NCBI GenBank assembly: GCA_023150835.1
Contig: JAKLKB010000045.1
Span: 1-50,545, forward strand
DNA length: 50,545 nucleotides
Reading direction: 5' to 3'
DNA from: Myxococcota bacterium
GTDB lineage: Bacteria > Myxococcota_C > UBA6777
Of this stretch, positions 1-9,448 are shown one piece after another; position 1 is the stretch's first letter, and each line of letters begins with the position of its first letter. Made by a program: the position numbers and the translations under genes. A model generated the notes under the pieces. That model had not been told where the DNA came from, ran no database searches, and worked only from the letters and a program-made list of their open reading frames with translations.

Positions 1-170
1 GATACCACCCGCGACGACGCAGCAAAAACAAAAGCCTGCGAAAAGCGGACGAGCACCACATTCGACTGCAAAAAGTGCTGCGTAGAAGAACAAAAAGCAG
101 ATCTTCACACTTGGTACATCGGCAAGTGTACTTGCCAAGTCAATCATCGGTAGGATTTCGAGAAGGACCA

Positions 171-1865
171 TCAATCAGGGGTGAGCGGCGCACCGAGATG
201 TGTTTTAAAGCCTGCTCGGTGCAGGAACGGGCTTTCTGTTTCGTAGGAGTGTTCGATGGTTCCGGGTATCTGATCGAAGCGCGGGTGATTTGGAGACCAA
301 AAGTTGGTTCCCTTCAAAAGATCCCCGAAGTATCGGTACTTGTAAACGGACAGGACGCGCTGGGACAGCCACCACGTCGACGGCGTGAAGTGATAATTCC
401 AATGGATACATTGATACACGCCTAGCGCCGTCAGAAAGGCCGCTTTGTACCACTTGGGGACTTGTGAAAGAAGCTGCTCGTTGGCCATCCCTCGCCGCAC
501 ATGCCCGAGTGATCGGCGCGGTGAATAGAATCCCTTCACCACTTTGCGGATGCCTTGTTGAAGCTCTTCGACGCTCATCTGCTTGGGTTGAAAGACGACG
601 TGATCTTTGCCGAGGTAATCGTCGTAATTGTAACTGACCAAACGCCCTTCACGATGGAATTTCTTCCAACTGGCTGTCCCGGGATACGGGATCTCCGACG
701 TAAACGAAGCGTGCATCAGTTCGAGATCATCAAGTGCTTGCAAGGTTCGATCGAAGATATCTGGCGTGTCCCAATCGAAGCCAAACATCCAATTGCCCGA
801 AGAGATGATCCCTGCTTGATGGATATTTTTGGTCGCTTCTTTTTGGGTATCGAGCGTGATGCGCTTGTTGGTTCCTTTGAGGCTGTCTGGAGCGACCGAC
901 TCGTAGCCCGACGAATACAACACACATCCCGCTTCCCGCGCCCTGTGCAAAGCATCGATATCGAGCGCATACTCCAAACGCGCTTGCATCCCAAACAAGA
1001 CATTCAGCTTGCGTAGCTCGCGAAACAGCTCTCGCGCATATTCGGGATCTCCCGGCAGGTTGTCGTCCACAAAGTAGATCCCTCGGATCAACTGAGGCCG
1101 TCGCCTGATCTGCTCGATCACGTGCGATATCGGGTAAGTCCGAAAGCCCTTGGTCATCCGCTTGGCAAAGCAAAACGAACATCCCGCAGGGCATCCACGA
1201 CTCGCGATCACGGGATAAAACACGCTGCCATACCGATCGATCTTGATCAGATCCATCCGAGGCTGCGGTAGCGTCGACAGATCGGGCGGCAAGTCTCGAT
1301 AGATCCCCGACACACGGTTGGGATCGGTCAAAAACTCGTCGCAGATCCGCACCCACGAAGACTCGCCTTCACCCACCACGACAGCATCCGCGTGTTCGAG
1401 CGCTTCTTCCGGCATCACCGTCACATGATGACCGCCCAACACGACTTTCACTCCGCGAGCCCGATACATCCGCGCAAGCGCATACGCCGCATTGATCCGC
1501 GCCGTCGATGCCGTAATCCCCACCAGATCGACTTCTTCATCAAAAAACAGTTTCTCTCGCACAAGATCCACAATCGAGATATCAAAACAACTCGGTGTCA
1601 CCGCAGCCAACGCCGCCAACGACAACGCAGGATACGAAAGCTCCCACGGCAGCGTAATCAGCTTCAATCGTGGCCGACGTCCCCGAAAATGCGGCCTCGC
1701 CGACGCTTCGATCTGCTTGAGCGCGTGGGCCACATCCATCGTCATCTCCCCCCGACGACTGGCCTTGTCCTCCTCTTTGGCTTGCGCATCCTCCCGCACC
1801 ACAGGCGGTTCACAATCGCACACCACCCGACGGCCTCCCGCCGCTCCTTCTTTCTTCGATGCCAT
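171..1865 (-). CDS. Cobalamin-binding (B12-dependent) radical SAM protein
   Basis: CxxxCxxC motif in SRGCPAGCSFC. N-terminal B12-binding-type motifs (DLVGITA, VVLGGHHVT, VVVGEGE), plus FVDDNL and PYPGT. The start could be downstream at MTMDV. Confidence 0.9.
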   Translation of the reverse strand: MASKKEGAAGGRRVVCDCEPPVVREDAQAKEEDKASRRGEMTMDVAHALKQIEASARPHFRGRRPRLKLITLPWELSYPALSLAALAAVTPSCFDISIVDLVREKLFFDEEVDLVGITASTARINAAYALARMYRARGVKVVLGGHHVTVMPEEALEHADAVVVGEGESSWVRICDEFLTDPNRVSGIYRDLPPDLSTLPQPRMDLIKIDRYGSVFYPVIASRGCPAGCSFCFAKRMTKGFRTYPISHVIEQIRRRPQLIRGIYFVDDNLPGDPEYARELFRELRKLNVLFGMQARLEYALDIDALHRAREAGCVLYSSGYESVAPDSLKGTNKRITLDTQKEATKNIHQAGIISSGNWMFGFDWDTPDIFDRTLQALDDLELMHASFTSEIPYPGTASWKKFHREGRLVSYNYDDYLGKDHVVFQPKQMSVEELQQGIRKVVKGFYSPRRSLGHVRRGMANEQLLSQVPKWYKAAFLTALGVYQCIHWNYHFTPSTWWLSQRVLSVYKYRYFGDLLKGTNFWSPNHPRFDQIPGTIEHSYETESPFLHRAGFKTHLGAPLTPD

Positions 1866-2130
1866 GAATCCCTGTGCCTTTCTTTTCGCGTCGCCTCTCC
1901 AGCCCTACGCTCCGCAAAGGATCATGCGTTCCACACACTCCTCGAATCGCAGGCGACCGCTAGAATTCCAATTCGTTCTGATGGATCCTTCCGAGCCGAA
2001 ATCGGGCCTCATCATGCGCGATATCGGCCTCCATTGTCCACATCAAAAACAGCGAACTCCTAGAGAACAAGGGCTTACACAGCCTATGTATATCGTTAGA
2101 TGGGGAGGGCTTTACGTATTGGGCTGTTTT

Positions 2131-2233
2131 TGTGGGGTTTCACCCCACTCCCCGCCATAGAGCTTTGCCCCCTTGACCCCGTATCGGCGGGACAAACAGA
2201 CGTTTTTCAAACCAACAGATCTGCCGCTTGAAC
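2131..2233 (+). repeat. Family A dispersed repeat (core CCCTTGACCCCGTATCGGCGGG...TTTTTCAAAC)
   Basis: The same core recurs at ~2990-3115 (inverted), 7170-7295, 31078-31200 and 47595-47722, always between genes. Confidence 0.8.
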
Positions 2234-2294
2234 TGGCGCTCCTCCGCTGTTTGGCGCATCCAAGGCAATATCGATTGTAAAAAGGCAGACACAG

Positions 2295-2500
2295 AAGGGA
2301 AGCGATCGTCGCCTTTGTGATGCAGCTGCTCGTTGATGCGGATCTCTTGGAGCATCCGTTACTGCACAGAAGCATCTTCGGCGAATACAGGTGGCAACAG
2401 TTTCAGCGCATAATAGGCTTCTTTGTGTTGATCATAGCACCGATACACCCGCCCCATTCCCCCTGCTCCTGCGAAACGCTCGACCCGAAAACGCCACGCA
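2295..2500 (-). pseudogene. Ser/Thr kinase N-lobe remnant
   Basis: Reads RFRVERFAGAGGMGRVYRCYD...YYALKLL..VFAEDASVQ*RMLQEIRINEQLHH. The Gly loop, AxK and alphaC Glu are visible, with an in-frame TAA at 2359-2361. No HRD/DFG follows. Confidence 0.75.
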
Positions 2501-2871
2501 GTGTACCGCCACAAACAACCCATGTCCACAAGACCACAGCATCGTTCCGACATCTGTATCCTTTTGCATACACGTCGCTGCATCATGGCTCGCCGCAAAG
2601 CCTTGTGCAACGTGCGGCTGTTCGCACAGCAAAAACCCCCGTGTTCGCGAACCGCCCGCGCCTGAACATCGGCCTTTTTCGTATCGGTATGACAGTTCAG
2701 TCTCTTTTCTTCACCCGATGCCCGTGGGCTGACACGACATCTGCCCATGCCAGAGACCCCCGCTGGATGGGCGAGAGTCGGAGGCAGCGAGGTTTTGGTT
2801 TTCCACGCCGCAGGCTGTTTGCACGAGAGAGCGTCTTTGCCTGCTCCAACTTCCCCCCGTTGGCCGGGGGG

Positions 2872-2935
2872 AACAACCCATCCAACAACCCATCCAACAA
2901 CCCATCCAACAACCCATCCAACAACCCATCCAACA
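2872..2935 (+). repeat. Tandem repeat (AACAACCCATCC) x5
   Basis: Five perfect 12-bp units plus a partial unit, read directly. Confidence 0.95.
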
Positions 2936-2989
2936 GCCGCCAGCCAGACCTATGTATGCGATTGAATACACATAACGATGCCGTTTGCG

Positions 2990-3376
2990 GGCAAAAACCC
3001 CGTGTTCGCAAGCGTCCAAGCGGCGCAGTAGTTGGTTTGAAAAACACCTGTTCACCCCGCTGATACGGGGTCAAGGGAGCCGCGCTCTGTGGCGGGGCAT
3101 GGGGCAGCGCCCCATACGCGCCTTGTTAAGGTGGAAACACCGGAGGGTCGAGGATGATCGCCGTTTCTTTTTCTACCCCCCCCCCCTCAATCCCCCCGTG
3201 AACGGGGGGAAGTTGGAACCGGCAGCGTCTGCGTCTCGTGCAAACAGCGTGCGTCATGGAAACCCAAAACCTCGCTGCTTCCGACTTTCGCTCCCTCCCC
3301 TGTTCACGGGGGAGGGCTGGGGTGGGGGGGCCAACAAGCGCTTAACCTAACGCCTATGGGGCAGCGCCCCACAAAC
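2990..3376 (+). repeat. Composite repeat/MITE-like element, left copy
   Basis: The reverse complement matches 7005-7295 in two blocks (2990-3128 and 3220-3376). Part of it also matches 2772-2861 in inverted orientation and 8656-8692. Confidence 0.8.
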
Positions 3377-3590
3377 ACAAAAGCATAAGGGACACCGCTC
3401 CAGACAAGCCGCCTTTTTTATTTATGGGTAGCCACACGCACAAAGGTTTGATAGGATTGATCAAAAAGAACGCGGCATAGCCCTTGCTAAAAGATCGTTT
3501 TCTCCGTTTTTTGAAACGCCACGTCCAGATCGGCGAGGTTGACCGAGCCGAAGAAAAAACGATGGGCGTCGATCGGCAGAAAAGAGAGGC

Positions 3591-6500
3591 ATGATGAAAA
3601 ACAATCGTTGTAAGCCCCAAAGCCCTTGGATGACGCGCAGCCGTCGTTTGTGGATGGCGGTGCAATTGTCTGTGATCTCTATCTTTTTGTACCAATGTTC
3701 AGCGAGCGCCCCGACCACTTCAGGAATGTCGCCAACAGCGGCAGGAGCAGGAGGATGGAGCAATGGATCGGGAAGCAGTACACAGATGGCTCCGCCCGTG
3801 AAGTCGGACCAGATCAAGCCACCGCAAAGCGAAGGTGCTGCGGTGGTCGAAGAAGCGGACATCTACCGCATCGTTGGGGACAAGATGTTTGTGTTGCACC
3901 GACACAAGGGGCTTTTGATTCTTGACATCAAGAGCGCCGAATCACCGCACAAGATCGCCTTCTTGCCGTTGGATGGGGTTCCAGCGGAGATGTTTGTGGA
4001 CAAAGAGACGGCCTATCTCTTGATGCAGGAGACGGTGCATCGAGATGTCGCGGGGCTGGAGTTGCAGGATATCACGACGCAAAGCGCGCTGATCGCGGTG
4101 GATATCCGCGATCTGCGGAAGCCGAAGATCTTGCAACGGACGGGGCTTTCGGGTCGTGTGGTGGTGGGTTCTTCGCGTCGTTTTGGGACACGGTTGTATG
4201 TGGTGGTGCGGGATCCCAACGCGGCTCCGACTTGGCAGACCAACGCCAACGAAGGAGCCGAGGCTGGCGCAGCGGCCTTGTCGGTGACCTCGGTCGATGT
4301 AAGCGATCCGCAGCGCTTTCGTATCATGCAGCAGTTTGCGCTCAAAGGCCACAACAGCGCACCGATGTTGATTGGAAAGCACTCTGCCTTTGAGATCGCA
4401 CCGAGTACAAGCGGCACTTGGTCTGACAGCCCAGCCTTGCGATCACAGTTGGCGGCCAAGCGCTTTGCGTTGGGAGAGATGCGGCCCTTGCGCTTTTTGC
4501 AGTTTGTGGTGACGGGAACAGAAGGGCATCTGCTTGTCAGCGAGACGTGGCTGGTGGATGCGACGATGTGGACAACCGTCACAGACCGCGTGTATTCGAA
4601 CTCACGGGGGGGATGCTTTGGTGTGGGCGGAAGCCAAAGCTCGATACAAGAGATCCAGCGCGTTCAGTCCTTCAAAGTGCAGCTCAATTTTACGGTGGTG
4701 AATGTGTTGGATCTGCGCGATGCCAGCGGAGAGATCAAACTGGCGGCGCGATTCCGCCTGCACGGCCTGCTTCCCGATCAAACCAAGCAGCATGTGATCA
4801 AGACCGCAGAGGGGCGTTTTGCATACATCGGGGTGACGATGCGCAATCAGCTTGAGATCGACGGTTCCAATGTGACGAGCCGCCTTGCAAACGTCGTAGC
4901 TTCGGTGGATATCAGCGATATCGCCAAGCCCACGATGCTCGACGATATCTTCTTTGGCAAAGAGCGCGAAGCGGTGCGCGCCACATACTTTGACACCCGA
5001 CGCCAAGCCCTGTACGCGATTACCTCCACCGCCGATCCCGAAGCCCTCCAAGGCGGCCAAGTCGACTTTACGGTGCTTCGAGAGCGCCGCGAACGCTTGC
5101 GCCTGTTCGATCCGCTCTACACCATCTCGCTCGCAAAGCCTGAATCGCTGACGATCTTGGGAGATCTGGATGACCTCAACGGCGATATGAACCTGTTTCG
5201 CCCGATACAAGGGGGTGATTATTTGATCGCGGTGGGGCGTGATACCTCGGCCAACTGCACAGGCTTTGAAGCCTCAACAGGCCGCTATTCGAGGACTTCT
5301 GTCAGTCTTGTGGATGTGCGCGATCTGAAAAAGCCTCGGTTGGTGCAGCGTCGATGTATCGGTGTCCAACTGGGCGCAGCCATCGTCTCTTCCGAAGTCA
5401 ACTGGGATCTGGATCAAGCCCACAAACAGATCGGCTTGTACTCGGAGGGCGACACGCACTTGATCTCCGTGCCTGTTCAGTTCGAACGCTCCGAAAACGG
5501 CCAAAGGAAGGCATATACCGCAGTGGGCTTGATGCGTTGGGATCTGCGCCGAGACGATCCGAGCAAGGCAGCGGCGGCGCAAGATGTCCTCCAAGAGCTC
5601 GGAACCTTCTTGCATCCGCGAGGTCGTGTCGAGCGAACCTTCTTTATGATGCTCGATTATGCGCAACAACCGCGTTTGAGCCTGTTGAATCTTTCGCAAG
5701 ATATCTTGTCTGTCACCGATCTCGAAGACCTCGAAAAGCCCCGTCTCAGCGCGACCTTTGAGATGGCTCCGTTGATCACGCATGCTTTTCCCTTCAAAGA
5801 TCGCATCCTCCTGCGCAAGCAAACCCTCGAAAGCCTTGGCACCTCCAAACCAGCCTATCGTTGGGAGCATCGCAAGATCATCGCAGGTGTGCATCTCGAA
5901 GATGGCGAACTGCTCGAATCATGGGAGGCTGATGCGTACGAAAAGCCGATGGCATGGGGAGAATCCTTGTTGATTGATCGGGGGTTCGCCATCGAGATGC
6001 GCTCTTTTGAGAGCAACCGCTCGGTCTCTGTCTCGATCAAACCTCCACAAGGTTGGGCGGGACTCGATGCACAGGCCCAAAGTGCAGGCCGAAAGGACGG
6101 GCGTCTGGCTTTGCTGACAGAGCAGGGGATCTTGGCTGTCGGCCACACGGTGAGCTTGGTCGAAGGCCAACAGATCAAAAAGCACCGTGTCTTTTTCCTT
6201 TCGCTGCTTGAAAAGACCAAGGAACGGGCTTTTGTGGAACTTGCGATCGAAAGCAAGGCCAATGAAAAGCTTTCGTTGGTAGCGCTTGGGGATGGGGATA
6301 TCGCGGTGCGGTTGGAGGTCTCGGATGGGATGATGCCGCAGCACCGTGTCGGCTTTTTGCGATGGAGCGAGGGCAAGTGGTTAGTCACTGCGTTTTCAAA
6401 GGCTTCTTTGCCGGGTCCTTTGTTGCATCGTTTCGCGGAGGGTCGGGTGTTGTTGTCGATGGGCGGAGAAAAAGGATTGGGGCAAGTGTTGCTTGGGCGC

Positions 6501-6959
6501 ATCACCGAAGAAGGCGTGTTGATCGAGCAATCGCTGCATGCACCAGCGCCGTCGACTTTTACGGATATCGCGGCGCGTGGCGAAGACCTTTTGTTGGCGA
6601 CTTCGGGCGGATACGTCATGCGTTATCGGCATGATGCAGGCTTTTTGCAGTTCGTTCGACAATGGCAGATCAAGTCCCCGCACTCTTGGCGACTGCTCCG
6701 ATGGACGGGGGAATTGCTGCTGCTTTCTTCTTCGGTGCTTGACGAGATCCAGCAGCGCGTCGCTGCCCTCTCGCTCCAAGACAACGCAACCTCCGCCCAA
6801 GCGGCACATTATGCGGCGGTCCGCTGGCTCGATGCCGCAAGTCCCGATGCGCCGCGATCTTCGCATTCTCTCGCCTCGATGCGCACGCCTTGGATCGACG
6901 GAAAACACCTCTTCTTTGCTGCCGAAGAGATCGGGATCGTCGCCTTTGAACTTCCCTGA
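3591..6959 (+). CDS. Secreted beta-propeller domain protein (Beta_propel-like), probable lipoprotein
   Basis: Signal or lipobox-like segment (ISIFLYQC). VEEADIYRIVGDKMFVL motif, repeated LDI/VDVSDP blades, and E.VRA..F / FDPLYTISL motifs. Confidence 0.8.
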   Translation: MMKNNRCKPQSPWMTRSRRLWMAVQLSVISIFLYQCSASAPTTSGMSPTAAGAGGWSNGSGSSTQMAPPVKSDQIKPPQSEGAAVVEEADIYRIVGDKMFVLHRHKGLLILDIKSAESPHKIAFLPLDGVPAEMFVDKETAYLLMQETVHRDVAGLELQDITTQSALIAVDIRDLRKPKILQRTGLSGRVVVGSSRRFGTRLYVVVRDPNAAPTWQTNANEGAEAGAAALSVTSVDVSDPQRFRIMQQFALKGHNSAPMLIGKHSAFEIAPSTSGTWSDSPALRSQLAAKRFALGEMRPLRFLQFVVTGTEGHLLVSETWLVDATMWTTVTDRVYSNSRGGCFGVGGSQSSIQEIQRVQSFKVQLNFTVVNVLDLRDASGEIKLAARFRLHGLLPDQTKQHVIKTAEGRFAYIGVTMRNQLEIDGSNVTSRLANVVASVDISDIAKPTMLDDIFFGKEREAVRATYFDTRRQALYAITSTADPEALQGGQVDFTVLRERRERLRLFDPLYTISLAKPESLTILGDLDDLNGDMNLFRPIQGGDYLIAVGRDTSANCTGFEASTGRYSRTSVSLVDVRDLKKPRLVQRRCIGVQLGAAIVSSEVNWDLDQAHKQIGLYSEGDTHLISVPVQFERSENGQRKAYTAVGLMRWDLRRDDPSKAAAAQDVLQELGTFLHPRGRVERTFFMMLDYAQQPRLSLLNLSQDILSVTDLEDLEKPRLSATFEMAPLITHAFPFKDRILLRKQTLESLGTSKPAYRWEHRKIIAGVHLEDGELLESWEADAYEKPMAWGESLLIDRGFAIEMRSFESNRSVSVSIKPPQGWAGLDAQAQSAGRKDGRLALLTEQGILAVGHTVSLVEGQQIKKHRVFFLSLLEKTKERAFVELAIESKANEKLSLVALGDGDIAVRLEVSDGMMPQHRVGFLRWSEGKWLVTAFSKASLPGPLLHRFAEGRVLLSMGGEKGLGQVLLGRITEEGVLIEQSLHAPAPSTFTDIAARGEDLLLATSGGYVMRYRHDAGFLQFVRQWQIKSPHSWRLLRWTGELLLLSSSVLDEIQQRVAALSLQDNATSAQAAHYAAVRWLDAASPDAPRSSHSLASMRTPWIDGKHLFFAAEEIGIVAFELP

Positions 6960-7004
6960 TCAACGCCTTGAGTTTTTTCGATAGGACTCGCTTTTTCGAT
7001 AGTT

Positions 7005-7295
7005 TTTGTGGGGCATTGCCCCATAGGCGTTAGGTGAAGCGGAGGAAAGCCCCCCACCCCGCCCTCCCCCGTGAACAGGGGAGGGAGCGAAAGTCGGAAG
7101 CCTCGGGGATTTTGTTTTTTCATGACGCACGCTGTATGCACGAAATGCAGACGCTGCCAACAAGGCGCGTATGGGGCATTGCCCCACGCCCCACTTCCTT
7201 AGCGCGGCTCCCTTGACCCCGTATCGGCGGGGTGAACAGGCGTTTTTCAAACGAACGACGGTCTCGCTTGGATGTCCACGAACACGGCTTTTTTG
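7005..7295 (-). repeat. Composite repeat/MITE-like element, right (inverted) copy
   Basis: Inverted homolog of 2990-3376. Contains the CCCTCCCCCGTGAACAGGGGAGGG hairpin and the family A core. Confidence 0.8.
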
Positions 7296-7529
7296 TCTGC
7301 GGGACGCTCCGATACAGACTTGCGGCCTACCGACCCAGCCTTTGCTCCATGCCTTGATCGGCTACCTTCTCCCGCTTTCTGCGCTAGATTGTTGTTTTGT
7401 CAAGGGCTCTACTTTTTCCGTTTGACCTCGCGGTGTTTCGTTCGTATACAAAGGGGTTTCCAGCGAAGCATGGAAAGAGTGTGTCGAGGACTCCCGTTCT
7501 CCCCAAAGACAGGAAGGAAGGTGTAAGCG

Positions 7530-8276
7530 ATGTCTGGACATAGTAAGTGGGCGAATATCAAGCGCCGCAAAGGCGCACAAGATGCAAAACGCGGTCAAGT
7601 GTTCACAAAGATGATCAAAGAGATCACGGTCTCGGCGCGGATGGGTGGGGGCGACCCCGAAGCCAATCCCCGCCTGCGCGCTGCGGTCCAAGCCGCACGA
7701 GCGGAAAATATGCCCAAAGACAACATCGAACGCGCCATCAAAAAAGCGACAGGTGCAGATGCTGCGGATTATATCGAGCAAACCTTTGAAGGTTACGGAC
7801 CGGGCGGAGTGGCCGTATTTGTCGAGATCGCCACAGACAACAACAACCGCACCGTGAGCAACATCCGCTCCTACTTTACTCGCAGCGGTGGATCGTTGGG
7901 CAAAGATGGATGCTTGCAATTCATCTTTGAGCGCAAAGGCGTGTTCAGCTTTCCCAAAGGCAAGTTCGACGAAGAAGAGCTGATGCTGGAGTTGATCGAC
8001 GCAGGAGCCGAAGATATCGAGACCGAAGAAGGGATGTTCAACGTCACCTGTGAAGTGGAGAACTTTGGCCGCCTTCAAAAGAAGCTGTACGGGATGGGGA
8101 TCGAACCCGAAAGCTCGGGGCTTGAGCGCCTCCCTTTGAACACACAAAAGGTCACGGATCTGGGAATCCTCAAATCCTTGATGAAGCTTGTGGACAACCT
8201 CGAAGAAGACGAGGATGTGCAAAAGGTCTATCACAACCTCGAAGCAGACGAAGCCTTGATCGCCCAACTCGGCTAA
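7530..8276 (+). CDS. yebC: YebC/PmpR family protein
   Basis: MSGHSKWANIKRRKGAQDAKRG start, NPRLRAA, EGYGPGG, TDNNNRT and DVQKVYHN. Confidence 0.97.
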   Translation: MSGHSKWANIKRRKGAQDAKRGQVFTKMIKEITVSARMGGGDPEANPRLRAAVQAARAENMPKDNIERAIKKATGADAADYIEQTFEGYGPGGVAVFVEIATDNNNRTVSNIRSYFTRSGGSLGKDGCLQFIFERKGVFSFPKGKFDEEELMLELIDAGAEDIETEEGMFNVTCEVENFGRLQKKLYGMGIEPESSGLERLPLNTQKVTDLGILKSLMKLVDNLEEDEDVQKVYHNLEADEALIAQLG

Positions 8277-8477
8277 GACGAGAGCCGCCAAGTCGGGGCA
8301 GTCCCCGTCGCAGCCCAAGAACAGGGCGTCTGCGGGGCAGCCCCCATCACCACACCTTGTTTCCGCCAACGTCGAGGCTGACGCGATGCCTGCCCACCCC
8401 GATTCCTTGGGCTTTTTCTTCCCCCCTCGCCTCCGCAGCACAGCAAGCGGGGAGAGGGGGCAGGGGGGTGAGGGGTC

Positions 8478-8591
8478 ATACGATATCCGTGTGAAGTGTT
8501 CCCGTAGGATAGTGCGTAGATACCCGATTGTTGGGCAGCCACACCTGTCTGCCCCTACGTTTTGCGATCACACAATGAGCGGATTTCGTAT
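8478..8591 (-). mobile_element. Family B MITE/REP-like element (~114 bp)
   Basis: Terminal inverted repeats ATACGATATCCG...CGGATTTCGTAT around an internal GTAGGGGCAG...CTGCCC hairpin. Homologous to 15602-15716 and 31264-31377. Confidence 0.75.
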
Positions 8592-8719
8592 CAGAACATC
8601 GCGAATCTTCTGCCTATTTCGCGTTTTGTTTCCCTGTGAGGGGGGGCCAACCGTGGCTTCACCTAACGCCTATGGGGCAAAGCCCCACAAACCCTCCCCC
8701 CAAAAAACTCCCTACAGTA

Positions 8720-9448
8720 TCAGAAAAAAGAGCGTGTCACATTGGAAAGACCGGGGACGCGGACGAATTCATCACGCGGGAACCACCAACCGATCAGTTC
8801 TTTTCCATAGACACAGCCGCCATCCAAGCACAGGGTGTTGTGCGTGCGAAGAAATCCTTGGCGCGCCCAATGTCCATAGATCACGCAGCGCTCGCCTTGA
8901 TAAAGCTGATGCCACGGGACAAAATCAAGCGGAGCGTGCGCGAGGTGTCCATCCCATCCGATCGGCATCTGACCTGTTGCGTCACAGATCCGCACTCGCG
9001 TTAGAAAAGAAGCGGGTGTCTCTTCGGGCGGCAACAGCGGATGCAAGCCTGCATGAACAGCGATCCAGTCGGTAGATGCGATGAAAAGTGGCCATTGCTC
9101 GATCCATTCGAGCCATTGGTCGAGATCAGGGGCTTGGGCAAGGTCAAGGCAGTCACGAGAGGGATCAAGCCATGTAGGCGGCGTCGCGGTGCGAAACGCA
9201 CGCAAGAGACCCTCTTCGTGGTTTCCGCGCACGGCTTCGGCTCCGAGGCGATGCAATAGCTGCAACACCGCATAGCTTTGGGGGCCTCGGTTGAGGGTAT
9301 CGCCCACGCAGATCAGGCGGTGGCGATCAGGGCGATACGCGGCTTTGCGCAAGAGCGCTTCGAGAGGTTCGAGGCATCCGTGGATATCGCCCACAAAAAG
9401 GATATCAGAGGTTTCTTTTGTAGACATACGCGGATCGATGCTCACCAA
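8720..9448 (-). CDS. Metallophosphoesterase (ApaH/PrpE-like, PPP family)
   Basis: GDIHG, VGDTLNRG, RGNHE, VHAG, GHW and LDGGCVYG motifs. The start overlaps the kinase stop codon. Confidence 0.92.
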   Translation of the reverse strand: MVSIDPRMSTKETSDILFVGDIHGCLEPLEALLRKAAYRPDRHRLICVGDTLNRGPQSYAVLQLLHRLGAEAVRGNHEEGLLRAFRTATPPTWLDPSRDCLDLAQAPDLDQWLEWIEQWPLFIASTDWIAVHAGLHPLLPPEETPASFLTRVRICDATGQMPIGWDGHLAHAPLDFVPWHQLYQGERCVIYGHWARQGFLRTHNTLCLDGGCVYGKELIGWWFPRDEFVRVPGLSNVTRSFF

